Source of the DNA: Gammaproteobacteria bacterium
Lineage (GTDB): Bacteria; Pseudomonadota; Gammaproteobacteria; Eutrophobiales; Eutrophobiaceae
Length of the DNA: 40,410 nucleotides
Direction: 5' to 3'
Assembly: GCA_041600575.1 (NCBI GenBank)
Contig: JBFIJV010000002.1
Coordinates: 1-40,410, forward strand
Notes under the pieces: generated by a model
Told to the model about the DNA's origin: nothing
What the model saw: only the letters and a program-made list of their open reading frames with translations
The model's database searches: none
Translations under genes and position numbers: made by a program
In this document: one piece after another, positions 1 to 9,287 of the stretch
Numbering within the stretch: position 1 is the first letter of the stretch
How the letters are laid out: each line of letters starts with the position of its first letter

Positions 1-147
1 AGGGATATCATTAATGGTAAACAGATCTTTCTGTTCCATGTATTGAATATCCCAACCACGTTTTTGCGCAGCCAGAAGCATTGCAAATGAGCTGTCTTTC
101 TTTATATTGATCCCGTTAATGGGATCCATGATTATTCCAATTTTCAT
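1..147 (-). CDS. gshB: Glutathione synthetase, N-terminal 49 codons (the gene runs off the left edge of the window)
   Basis: Not in the ORF track. The reverse strand from the ATG at 147..145 translates to MKIGIIMDPINGINIKKDSSFAMLLAAQKRGWDIQYMEQKDLFTINDIP. This closely parallels the E. coli GshB N-terminus (MIKLGIVMDPIANINIKKDSSFAMLLEAQRRGYELHYMEMGDLY). Confidence 0.8.
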   Translation of the reverse strand, partial: MKIGIIMDPINGINIKKDSSFAMLLAAQKRGWDIQYMEQKDLFTINDIP

Positions 148-255
148 CAAATATGCTTTCTGTTGAGTCAAGCAACTATAAATTGCTTTCTGTTAAATAT
201 CCAAAGTGTATGATAATAAACAACAATAACACACAGTTGAATAAATGAATCCATA

Positions 256-1176
256 GTGAATATATTAAAAATCGCGACACGCAATAGTCCACTTGCTTTA
301 TGGCAGGCCGAGTATGTCAAACAACAATTGATGCTCATCCATCCCGATTTAAAAGTTGAGTTGGTTAGTATGACAACAGAAGGTGATCGTTTTCTGGAGG
401 CACCATTAGTCGCTATTGGTGGTAAAGGCCTTTTTATAAAGGAACTCGAGCAGGCAATATTAGATAATCATGCTGATATTGCAGTGCATTCAATGAAAGA
501 TGTGACTGTCGAGTTGCCCAATGAATTTGCCTTGCCGGTAATAATGAAACGAGAAGATGCGAGGGATGTGTTTATATCAAATAACTATAAAAATCTTTCC
601 GATATTCCTGAGGATGCAATCCTCGGAACCTCCAGTCTTCGCCGACAATCACAAGCCAAGGCCCTGCATCCGAACATAACGTTAAAGGATTTGCGCGGTA
701 ATGTCGGGACACGCTTACGCAAGCTTGATGAGGGTGAATACGATGCCATTATTCTTGCGGCAGCCGGCATTCTTCGGCTTGGCTTACATGATCGTATGAC
801 ACAATTGATTCCGGAATCGATGATATTGCCGGCGATTGGGCAAGGCGCAATTGGCATTGAATGTCGGGCAGGCGATGCGGAAGTGCATGACTTGATCGCG
901 CCATTAAATGATGATGCGACAACACTTTGTGTAAAGGCCGAGCGTGCTTTCAGCCGTCGTTTATACGGCGGTTGTCAATTACCTATTGCTGGACAGGCAC
1001 AATTAATCGGTAATGAAATTAAGTTAACGGGTCTGGTTGCAAGGGTCGATGGTAGTGAAGTAATCAAGTCCGAGCTTGGCGGCGCTGTAACAGATTATGA
1101 TAATATTGGTATCTCACTGGCAGAGAGTTTGTTGGAGCGCGGCGCTGATGAGATATTAAAGGAATTGATCAATTAA
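256..1176 (+). CDS. hemC: Porphobilinogen deaminase (hydroxymethylbilane synthase)
   Basis: GTG start. Full-length similarity to E. coli HemC (IATRNSPLALWQAEYV, GGKGLFIKELE, HSMKDV, GTSSLRRQSQ, RGNVGTRLRKLDEGEYDAIILAAAG, GGCQLPI). It heads a hemCDXY cluster. Confidence 0.95.
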   Translation: MNILKIATRNSPLALWQAEYVKQQLMLIHPDLKVELVSMTTEGDRFLEAPLVAIGGKGLFIKELEQAILDNHADIAVHSMKDVTVELPNEFALPVIMKREDARDVFISNNYKNLSDIPEDAILGTSSLRRQSQAKALHPNITLKDLRGNVGTRLRKLDEGEYDAIILAAAGILRLGLHDRMTQLIPESMILPAIGQGAIGIECRAGDAEVHDLIAPLNDDATTLCVKAERAFSRRLYGGCQLPIAGQAQLIGNEIKLTGLVARVDGSEVIKSELGGAVTDYDNIGISLAESLLERGADEILKELIN

Positions 1177-1185
1177 ATTATTATC

Positions 1186-1968
1186 GTGTCGGTCTCGATC
1201 AATAATAAACGAATATTAGTTACCCGACCCAGACATCAAGCGGAACGGCTTTGCGCACGGATCTCTGATTATGGCGGGCAAGCAATTTTATTTCCGACTA
1301 TCGATATTCAGCGAGTTGAAGATTCGGCACATAATGAATTATCAGGTGCTGATGTATTATCCGGTGTTGATATCGTCATTTTTGTCAGTCGTAATGCAGT
1401 TAAATTTGCGTTTGATCATTATTTATCTACAGTTGATTTGCCGAAGGATATACAGTTTGTAGCAATCGGTGCTGGTACAGCGGAGGCATTGTCAGAATCG
1501 GGTATCATGTCGGTATTACATGCTGGAGTTCATGCCGATAGTGAAACCCTGTTGCAATTGCCCGAAATGCAAAATGAACGAATTGCAGGCAAGAAAATAC
1601 TGATTATTCGTGGCGTGGGTGGACGAGAATATCTGGCCGATAATCTGAAAACCCGCGGTGCTTGCGTTGATTATGCAGAAGTCTATCGACGCTGTTTACC
1701 CGAATATGAGGTGAATGATTGTCATAAAATATGGCAAGATGTTAAACCGGAAGCGATCATTGTCAGTAGTAATGAAGGTCTTACAAATCTGGTTAGCCTG
1801 ACGCCGGAGATTGACCAGCTACAATTATTTAGTACGCCACTGGTTCTAATGTCGGCACGAAGTGTTAATCTTGCACAACAATCAGGCTTTGTCTCGAAAA
1901 TGAGTATTGCCAAAGTTAAAAATGATGAAGGTCTTTTCCTGGCACTTTTAGACCTTGTAGGAGAGTAG
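1186..1968 (+). CDS. hemD: Uroporphyrinogen-III synthase
   Basis: GTG start 10 nt after hemC. It has the expected size (260 aa), an ILVTRP N-terminal motif, and the conserved position between hemC and hemX. Confidence 0.85.
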   Translation: MSVSINNKRILVTRPRHQAERLCARISDYGGQAILFPTIDIQRVEDSAHNELSGADVLSGVDIVIFVSRNAVKFAFDHYLSTVDLPKDIQFVAIGAGTAEALSESGIMSVLHAGVHADSETLLQLPEMQNERIAGKKILIIRGVGGREYLADNLKTRGACVDYAEVYRRCLPEYEVNDCHKIWQDVKPEAIIVSSNEGLTNLVSLTPEIDQLQLFSTPLVLMSARSVNLAQQSGFVSKMSIAKVKNDEGLFLALLDLVGE

Positions 1969-1974
1969 TAATTA

Positions 1975-3078
1975 ATGAACGAAGAAACAGAAGGCAAGGA
2001 ATTGGAAAAATCTGAAGAAGCACAGGAGGCTGTCGAAACAACTGAAGAAGTTGTTACCGGCAAGTCCACGAACAAGGTTTTTTTAATCTTACTATTTTTA
2101 TTTGTAGTAATTTTTTCCGGGGCATTTGCCTATGGTTACAAACAGATCACAACGCTCAAAAACAACCTGATTGCAACAGACGCTATTGAAGAACGTGTTC
2201 TTGCTGAAGTTGATCAACGTATTCAACAATCTACTGCAACGTTATCTGATATCGAAAATCAGCTGGACGAGTTGGAAACAAGACAAGCGATGCTTGCTGA
2301 TGCTGTTAACCAGCCGACCGAAGAAGCGATTCATATCAATGAAGACTATGCGCTTGCTGAGGTCGAACATTTACTGATCATTGCTACTTATAATTTACAA
2401 CTTGATCATGATATTGCTACTGCATTAGCTGCCATGGAAGCTGCCGATAATCGCCTGAATGGTTTACGTGATCCTGCCGTTCTATCTATCAGAGAACTAT
2501 TAATAGCGGAGATGAATGAACTACGTTCATTAAACCAGGCAGACTTAAGTGGTCTGGGTTTGTATTTGTCGGATCTTATTAATCGCGTTGACATGCTCCC
2601 GTTAAAAAAGAATGTGGTTGTAGAAAAACCGAAAGCACTGCTTGATAAAGAACCTGAACAAATGGAATTAGCGGGTATTAAACAATTTTTTGTGCTTGTC
2701 TGGGAAGAACTGAAAAGCCTGGTTATTATCACGCGTGACACAGAAGTCAACAAGGCCCGTTTATTACCCGAAGAAATATATTTTCTAAGAGCAAACTTAA
2801 AGCTTGAACTGGCGAATGCGCGCTTTGCTGTTTTTAATCGCGACACTGAAAATTTACAAGCATCTATTGATCATATTCAAGGTTGGCTAAATGAATATTT
2901 TGATTTAGCTGATGCGGCTGTTCAGAATATTCATGATTCATTATTACGGATGAAAGATCTGGAACTGGCGTTTCCACAAATGGATATTAGTTCATCGCTT
3001 GAATCCGTTCGCGCACTCATTCGGTCTCAGGATGAAGCTAATAGAATGATTAATAATGACGAAGTAGGCTCGCCGTAA
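1975..3078 (+). CDS. hemX: HemX-family membrane protein (often annotated uroporphyrinogen-III C-methyltransferase)
   Basis: Acidic N-terminus, one transmembrane helix (VFLILLFLFVVIFSGAFAYGY) and a long coiled-coil-like region. It sits in the conserved position after hemD, and its stop overlaps the hemY start (ATGA at 3078). Confidence 0.8.
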   Translation: MNEETEGKELEKSEEAQEAVETTEEVVTGKSTNKVFLILLFLFVVIFSGAFAYGYKQITTLKNNLIATDAIEERVLAEVDQRIQQSTATLSDIENQLDELETRQAMLADAVNQPTEEAIHINEDYALAEVEHLLIIATYNLQLDHDIATALAAMEAADNRLNGLRDPAVLSIRELLIAEMNELRSLNQADLSGLGLYLSDLINRVDMLPLKKNVVVEKPKALLDKEPEQMELAGIKQFFVLVWEELKSLVIITRDTEVNKARLLPEEIYFLRANLKLELANARFAVFNRDTENLQASIDHIQGWLNEYFDLADAAVQNIHDSLLRMKDLELAFPQMDISSSLESVRALIRSQDEANRMINNDEVGSP

Positions 3079-4262
3079 TGAAGTTTTTGTTGTTAAGTCT
3101 ACTAGCGTTATTGCTTGCCGTCACGATCGGTTCTTTGGCTGGTTCTGATAGCGGTTATGTCATGATGACGATTGCGGGATGGACAATACAAACGACAGCG
3201 ACCTTGTTTGTTATTGTCTTGTTCTTGGGATTTCTGCTACTTTATTTCGCTGTTCGTAGCCTGGTACGTTTTGTCGAATTACCAAAAGATGTACAAATAT
3301 GGCAAAAACATCGACATCAACGCCGTGCTGAAAAATATCTGACGCAAGGCTTGATCAATATGACAGAAGGTCGATGGAAACAGGCAGAGCGCGATTTTTG
3401 TAAGGCAGCCCCCTATAGTAGAGCACCCTATGTTAATTATCTTTGTGCCGCTCGTGCAGCCCAGGAATTACACGCCGTAGATCGTCGTGATGAATACTTG
3501 CGGCTTGCCTATCATAATAACCCTGATGCGAGTCTGGCTGTTGGTATTACTCAGGCGGAGTTGCAGTTGAGCGAACATCAAACTGAACAGGCGTTGGCAA
3601 CGTTAAAACATTTAGAAAACAAACAACCCGGACAAAATCAGGTCAAGCAACTTTTGTTGGATACGTATACCGATCTTAATGATTGGCAATCAGTGTTGAA
3701 TATTATTCCATCGATTGAGAAGACCAGTCTATATCCACGTGAACAGATTCAGGCCAGGCAACTTGAAGCCTATGCCGGGCTGTTGAAAGAAGCTGGAGCT
3801 CGCGAGGACAAGCAAACACTCAATTCTATCTGGGCCAAGATTCCACGAAAATTAAAACAACATTTTTATTTGATAGAAGTCTATGTAACTGAACGACTCA
3901 GGTTTGATAATACCGCCGACTGTGAACTGTTGCTGAAGACAGCTTTAAAACGTCAGTGGGATCATATGTTGGTGCGATTATACGGACTTGTAGTTGCCGT
4001 AGATCCGTCAAAACAACAGGCAACTGCTGAGTCATGGCTAAATAATCACACACGTGATGCGGTATTATTATTGACGCTGGGTCGTATATGTTTACGTAAT
4101 GAGTTGTGGGGCAAGGCGAGAGATTACTTACAGGACAGTATTGATGTGCAAGCAAACCCGGAGGCCTATTATGAGTTTGCCAGATTACATGAACTTGAAG
4201 GTAATCGGGAAGCTGCAGCTGAATGTTATGAAAAGGGTCTTGCGCTTGCGACCGGGATGTAA
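3078..4262 (+). CDS. hemY: HemY-family heme-biosynthesis-associated TPR membrane protein
   Basis: Two N-terminal transmembrane helices followed by TPR-like repeats. It is the fourth gene of the hemCDXY arrangement. Confidence 0.85.
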   Translation: MKFLLLSLLALLLAVTIGSLAGSDSGYVMMTIAGWTIQTTATLFVIVLFLGFLLLYFAVRSLVRFVELPKDVQIWQKHRHQRRAEKYLTQGLINMTEGRWKQAERDFCKAAPYSRAPYVNYLCAARAAQELHAVDRRDEYLRLAYHNNPDASLAVGITQAELQLSEHQTEQALATLKHLENKQPGQNQVKQLLLDTYTDLNDWQSVLNIIPSIEKTSLYPREQIQARQLEAYAGLLKEAGAREDKQTLNSIWAKIPRKLKQHFYLIEVYVTERLRFDNTADCELLLKTALKRQWDHMLVRLYGLVVAVDPSKQQATAESWLNNHTRDAVLLLTLGRICLRNELWGKARDYLQDSIDVQANPEAYYEFARLHELEGNREAAAECYEKGLALATGM

Positions 4263-4271
4263 TGCTCTGCT

Positions 4272-5282
4272 CTAGTCGGCTGCGAATTCAAACGAGTCTG
4301 AAAAAATCTGTTCCTTATTTAGTCCATTAGCAGGGAACGACTCAAGAATGGCTTTGATCATCGGCGGTGGTCCACAAGCATAAATATCATATGCAGACAG
4401 ATCAGCATGATCTTTTAATACGGCTTCATGCACAAAACCGGTTTTACCTTTCCAGCCATTCAGTTTGTCTACTTCAGATAATACTGGCTTATACTCAATG
4501 TGTTCGTGTTCTTTTGACCACTGTTTAGGAAGTTCATCAAGGTAGAGATCCGCACTGGTACGAGCACCCCAGTAGAATTGTATTGACCGTTTGTCATTAT
4601 TTTTTAGCGTGTATTCGATCAAACTTTTTACCGGAGCAAAGCCAGTGCCACCAGCAATCATAATTATTGGTCTGTCAGACTCGTGAAGTGTGAATTGACC
4701 TAGCGGACCTTCTATACGTAACAATGCTTTTTCAGTCAGATCTTTAAAGGCATATTCAGAAAACAAGCCACCGCCATAGTAACGTATGTGTAATTCCAGT
4801 CTTTGATCCTGTTCAGGTGGATTGGCCAAAGAAAAAGAACGACGTTTTCCGTCGCGCATCAAGATGTCGATATATTGTCCGGCCAGAAATTGCAGCCGTT
4901 CCGATTTAGGCAACTCCAGTATTAAACGGATGACATCTTCGCTCAGTTTTTCAAACCTGGTCACACGGCAGGGAAATTGCCTGAGTTTTATGTCTGCGGC
5001 TGATTCAATCGTACGTGCCTTGATGACCAGGTCGCTCGCTGCTTTTGCCTGGCATAATAAGGCATGGCCCTGCTTTTCATCTGCTGCGGTTAATCCCTCT
5101 GGTGAACCATTGGGATAAATTATTTTACCGGAAACAATTCTGGCCTTACATGAACCACACAGGCCGTTGCGACAGCCATAAGGTAAGCTGTGACCCTGGC
5201 GCAGCGCTGCTTCAAGCAAGGTTTCATTTTCCTTGACGACGAAATTAATATCTTGTTCTGAGAGTTGGACGTTGTATGACAT
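4272..5282 (-). CDS. 2Fe-2S ferredoxin / FNR-type flavin reductase fusion (the family usually annotated CDP-6-deoxy-delta-3,4-glucoseen reductase-like)
   Basis: Plant-type 2Fe-2S motif CRNGLCGSC...C, an RRSFS flavin-binding motif and a GGTGFAP NAD(P)H-binding motif. Confidence 0.85.
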   Translation of the reverse strand: MSYNVQLSEQDINFVVKENETLLEAALRQGHSLPYGCRNGLCGSCKARIVSGKIIYPNGSPEGLTAADEKQGHALLCQAKAASDLVIKARTIESAADIKLRQFPCRVTRFEKLSEDVIRLILELPKSERLQFLAGQYIDILMRDGKRRSFSLANPPEQDQRLELHIRYYGGGLFSEYAFKDLTEKALLRIEGPLGQFTLHESDRPIIMIAGGTGFAPVKSLIEYTLKNNDKRSIQFYWGARTSADLYLDELPKQWSKEHEHIEYKPVLSEVDKLNGWKGKTGFVHEAVLKDHADLSAYDIYACGPPPMIKAILESFPANGLNKEQIFSDSFEFAAD

Positions 5283-5330
5283 AAGAAACTTAATAATAAC
5301 AGCTAGTAATTGCTGCTGTGTGGTAATCGA

Positions 5331-5990
5331 TTATTTATTGGGCAGACTTTTACTACTGTTTAGCCAACGAAGCAAGGGTTCCCATTGTTCACGGTCATAG
5401 TAAGTTTTAGAAGGCGCGAGTTCAAAGATACTTAAACCTCGTTCAGATGCATGTATATAGTTCTGACTGGCGCGTAGCATAGTCATGAACGGTAACTGTT
5501 TGCCATTAGGCAGTGTCAGTTTATCCAGATAATATTCCAGTTTTGCCGCGATCAAGGTGTCTTCTCTGACGCGATTAGCGACTGTCGCAATCTTTATTTT
5601 ATTATTAATCGTTCCTTTTAATGAGAACAGTTCATCAATAAATCGTTCTGCTGCGCGGATATCTACCGGAGAGGCAAGTATCGGCATGACCATGGTTTGT
5701 GCCTGGCTGAGAAATTTACTCAGTCGTTCATCACTGACACCGGCAGGCGTATCCATGACCAGAACATCGGTATCTTCCGGTACTTGTAAACTACCTTTTT
5801 CCAAAACAGCGCTATTGATTTGATGCTGATTCTCTGGTCTCACGCTCAGCCAGTCCTGGCTTGAGCGTTGCTGATCGCAATCTGCGAGCGTTACTTTTTT
5901 GCCATTGATTGAGAAATAGCCGGCGATATTGGTCGCAAGTGTGCTTTTACCACAGCCGCCTTTTGGATTTAGAACCAGTATGGTGCGCAT
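5331..5990 (-). CDS. ParA/MinD-family P-loop ATPase (orphan; no ParB-like partner visible)
   Basis: Deviant Walker A with the signature lysine (LNPKGGCGKSTLATN), a Walker A' motif (DCDQQ) and a Walker B-like motif (VLVMDTPAG). Confidence 0.85.
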   Translation of the reverse strand: MRTILVLNPKGGCGKSTLATNIAGYFSINGKKVTLADCDQQRSSQDWLSVRPENQHQINSAVLEKGSLQVPEDTDVLVMDTPAGVSDERLSKFLSQAQTMVMPILASPVDIRAAERFIDELFSLKGTINNKIKIATVANRVREDTLIAAKLEYYLDKLTLPNGKQLPFMTMLRASQNYIHASERGLSIFELAPSKTYYDREQWEPLLRWLNSSKSLPNK

Positions 5991-6039
5991 ATCGCTATTA
6001 AAACATTGTTGTTAAATGCTTGTAAACGAACATTTATCC

Positions 6040-6918
6040 TCATAGGAATGTGCCCTTTTGTGAATACAGCTTGAGTATCAACGGTGTCAGTATCAACTGC
6101 ATGGCGAATACCATTTTGCCTGCCGGCACAACAATGGTTTCCGGGCTGGACATCATTGAACCTTCCAGCATTTCCAATAGATAGCGAAAATCGACTTCGA
6201 TTTTTTCCATATTACGAATATGAATGACGCTGAAGCTCTCATCATTACTGGGTATAGCATCAGCCGCAAAAGGGTTGGATGTGTCGATAGTCGGGACCCG
6301 TTGAAAATTGATATCAGTGCGGGAAAATTGAGGCGTAATGTAATGCATATAATCGTGCATACGATCCAGAATAAGCTTGGTCGCATCCTCAGTCGTATAG
6401 CCTCTAAGGGCACGATCTCTGTGGATTTTCTGCATCCACTCAAGATTGATGATTGGTGTAAACCCGATCAACAGATCAACATACTGAGGAATATTGATGG
6501 TATCAGTTACCAGACCGCCATGTAGTCCCTCATAAAAGAGTAAATCCGAGTTTTGCTCAATCGGTTCCCACGGCGTTATGGAGCCAGGCGGTAATCCATG
6601 TTGAGATGCCTCTTTCGCATCATGGATGTAAAAGCGGCGTTTGCCAGTACCTTTTTCACTGTATTCTTTAAATAGTCCTTCGAGTTTATCGAAGAGATTC
6701 CCCTCTGGTCCAAAATGGGTCAGGTTTTCACCTTTTGCGGTGGCTTCGGCGCTTAGTTTTTCCATTTCAAAGCGATCATAACGATGGAAACAGTCACCCT
6801 CGATATATGCCGGGTGTATCCTGAGCTTACGAAACATGGTTTCAAACGCGTCTCTGGCAATACTGGTGCCTGCGCCGGATGAACCTGTTACGGCAATTAT
6901 TGGATGCTTATGTGACAT
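6040..6918 (-). CDS. prkB: Phosphoribulokinase
   Basis: MSHKHPIIAVTGSSGAGTS...EGDCFHRYDRFEM parallels E. coli PrkB (MSAKHPVIAVTGSSGAGTT...EGDSFHRYTRPEM). Length is 292 aa. Confidence 0.9.
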   Translation of the reverse strand: MSHKHPIIAVTGSSGAGTSIARDAFETMFRKLRIHPAYIEGDCFHRYDRFEMEKLSAEATAKGENLTHFGPEGNLFDKLEGLFKEYSEKGTGKRRFYIHDAKEASQHGLPPGSITPWEPIEQNSDLLFYEGLHGGLVTDTINIPQYVDLLIGFTPIINLEWMQKIHRDRALRGYTTEDATKLILDRMHDYMHYITPQFSRTDINFQRVPTIDTSNPFAADAIPSNDESFSVIHIRNMEKIEVDFRYLLEMLEGSMMSSPETIVVPAGKMVFAMQLILTPLILKLYSQKGTFL

Positions 6919-7082
6919 AATGTTTAGGTTATCCTTTGATCAAAACTTCTTCTATTTTTAATTAATCTGTTTCGTGACATCGGCCGGTTAAAAGCAATGA
7001 CATAGGCAAGCTATACATTGCACAATTCCACTCTCACGGGCATTATAAGACATATAACACGCTGATTTAAAAGGGGAATAGT

Positions 7083-8858
7083 TTGGGCTCGTCAGTTAAT
7101 ACAGATATTATCTTATATCGCAGGCTATTAAGCTATGTTGTTCCTTATTGGCGTGTATTTTTATTATCCATAATCAGCATGATTGTGCTGGCTGCCACCG
7201 ATCCTGCAATTCCCGCCTTGATGCAGCCATTGTTGAATGGCGCATTTATTGATAAGGATCCACAGACCATAGCACTCATGCCATTTTTGTTTGTGGGCTT
7301 ATTTGCGATCAGGGGTCTAGCTGCTTATGTTAGTGGTGTTTCTCTGAATTGGGTCGCGAACAAGGTGGTCATGGACTTACGCCGGGTGATGTTCGAGAAA
7401 TTAATTGATTATCCAACCAGCTTTTTCGATGGCAACCGTTCCGGAAGTTTGATGTCACGTTTTACCTATGATGTAACTCAGATAAAGGAAGCTTCCGCCA
7501 ATGCCATTTCAACTCTGGTCAGAGACACAATATCGGTAGTTGGGCTGTTGGGGTGGATGTTTTATATCGATTGGACTATGGCGCTGATCTGTATGCTTGG
7601 TGCGCCACTGATCGGCATAATTATATTAATAATTAAACGTCGGCTGCGTAAGATGAGTCGTAAAGTTCAGGATACGATGGGTGATATACATCATGTGCTT
7701 AATGAATGTTTTGACGGACACAAGGTGATCAAACTTTATGGTGGGCAGGGAGTAGAAAAAAAACGCTTCTTTAATACAATAAATGCACACCGTCGGTTCG
7801 CTATGAAATTTATTAGTGCTTCAGCAGCAACTGGTCCATCAATACAAATGATTACGGCTTTTCTTCTCGCCATCATCATCTATATCGCAACACAACAAGC
7901 ATCTACAAATAGTTTACTGGTCGGTGACTTTGTTTCTTTCTTCGCTGCAGTTGCCATGATACTCGGGCCTTTGAAAAGGCTGGCGGGTATTAACGAACAC
8001 ATTCAGAAAGGTCTGGCTGCATGTGAAAGTGTCTTTTATTTACTGGACTCTGACGTAGAACCGCAATCGGGGAGTAAGGATTTAATCGATGTAAAAGGCA
8101 AGATTGAATTTAAAAATGTGTCTTATCGTTATGCGGAATCGGAAACGAAAGCGCTGGATTCAATTAATTTTGTTGTTCAGCCAGGACAAACTATTGCACT
8201 TGTTGGTGAATCAGGTAGTGGTAAGACGACACTTGCTAATTTAATTCCCCGGTTTTATGAACTGGATTCAGGCGTCATTTATTATGATGATATAGATATA
8301 AGTGAACTGTCATTATTATCGCTACGTAGGAATATTGCTTATGTTAGTCAGGATGTTGTTTTGTTTAATGATACTGTTCGAAACAATATTGCCTATGGTG
8401 ATCTTGAAGATGCATCGGATGAAGCGGTCTGGGCCGCGGCCGAAGCAGCGTGTGCAACGGAATTTATTAATGAGTTACCGGAGAAAATGTCTACCTTTAT
8501 TGGAGAAGATGGCACCCGATTATCTGGCGGTCAACGTCAACGCCTGGCGATTGCCCGGGCACTGTTAAAAGATGCCCGTTTGTTAATACTGGACGAAGCA
8601 ACCTCCTCGCTTGATACACGTTCCGAACGACATATTCAGGCTGCTCTGGAGAATGTTAAAAAAGGGCGCACATCGTTAATCATCGCGCACCGATTATCTA
8701 CTATTGAAAATGCAGATCATATAATTGTGCTGGATAAAGGCCGAATTGTTGAGCAGGGCAAGCATAGCGAATTATTAAAATTACAAAATCATTACGCCAG
8801 ACTTCATCAGGTACAGTTTTGTAATCAAGGAAAGTCAGAAGTTAAATATGAGACATAA
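7083..8858 (+). CDS. msbA: Lipid A export ABC transporter, fused permease/ATPase
   Basis: TTG start. Six-helix ABC exporter transmembrane domain followed by an NBD with Walker A (GESGSGKTT), the signature LSGGQRQR and Walker B (LLILDEATS). The 591 aa length is typical of MsbA. Confidence 0.88.
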   Translation: MGSSVNTDIILYRRLLSYVVPYWRVFLLSIISMIVLAATDPAIPALMQPLLNGAFIDKDPQTIALMPFLFVGLFAIRGLAAYVSGVSLNWVANKVVMDLRRVMFEKLIDYPTSFFDGNRSGSLMSRFTYDVTQIKEASANAISTLVRDTISVVGLLGWMFYIDWTMALICMLGAPLIGIIILIIKRRLRKMSRKVQDTMGDIHHVLNECFDGHKVIKLYGGQGVEKKRFFNTINAHRRFAMKFISASAATGPSIQMITAFLLAIIIYIATQQASTNSLLVGDFVSFFAAVAMILGPLKRLAGINEHIQKGLAACESVFYLLDSDVEPQSGSKDLIDVKGKIEFKNVSYRYAESETKALDSINFVVQPGQTIALVGESGSGKTTLANLIPRFYELDSGVIYYDDIDISELSLLSLRRNIAYVSQDVVLFNDTVRNNIAYGDLEDASDEAVWAAAEAACATEFINELPEKMSTFIGEDGTRLSGGQRQRLAIARALLKDARLLILDEATSSLDTRSERHIQAALENVKKGRTSLIIAHRLSTIENADHIIVLDKGRIVEQGKHSELLKLQNHYARLHQVQFCNQGKSEVKYET

Positions 8859-8937
8859 AATATTAAAAATAATCAGCCGTAATTAAAAACTGTTAAATCA
8901 CAATGCAAATATGTATAAATTTATGCTTTGTGAAAGC

Positions 8938-9195
8938 CTATTGTATCTTTAGTTTCATCATTAAGTTTTTAACACGTAAGGCGTCCTCATCACCCAACGA
9001 TCGTTTGACCTTGTCAGTTATATAACTTGCCTTATAGTTCTTTTGTTTTAGTTCCATCAAAAACTCGGTCACTTTCTGGTCTGACATGTTTTTTTGTAGA
9101 GATAAAATTAACATTTCAATAAGCGTTTCTGACCACAGGGTTTTCTGGATTGTTTTTGTGCTTGTTGTGTCATCTTCGTTTTTATCATCTGCCAT
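8938..9195 (-). CDS. Small hypothetical protein (85 aa; acidic N-terminus, Lys-rich helical remainder)
   Basis: A strong Shine-Dalgarno (GGAGAGGA) lies 7 nt upstream of the ATG. The gene sits 92 nt downstream of the GGDEF gene on the same strand. I recognise no family. Confidence 0.5.
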   Translation of the reverse strand: MADDKNEDDTTSTKTIQKTLWSETLIEMLILSLQKNMSDQKVTEFLMELKQKNYKASYITDKVKRSLGDEDALRVKNLMMKLKIQ

Positions 9196-9287
9196 TTTAG
9201 TTCCTCTCCTGAAATAAATAATAATATCCGCTTTGGTCCGGCAAGGGTATATGTTCGTTTTAAATATTTGTATCAGGTTTCGATATT

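Noticed and set aside
585-2846. Antisense or alternate-frame ORFs inside hemC, hemD and hemX (585..857, 1271..1462, 1722..2075, 2171..2377, 2406..2846)
   Set aside because: All lie within confidently identified hem genes, lack recognisable motifs and have biased, shadow-like composition.
5331-5990. Calling the ParA-like ATPase a carboxysome-positioning McdA
   Set aside because: No carboxysome shell, RuBisCO or McdB-like gene is in the window. Adjacency to prk alone is not evidence, so this is kept only as a low-interest speculation.
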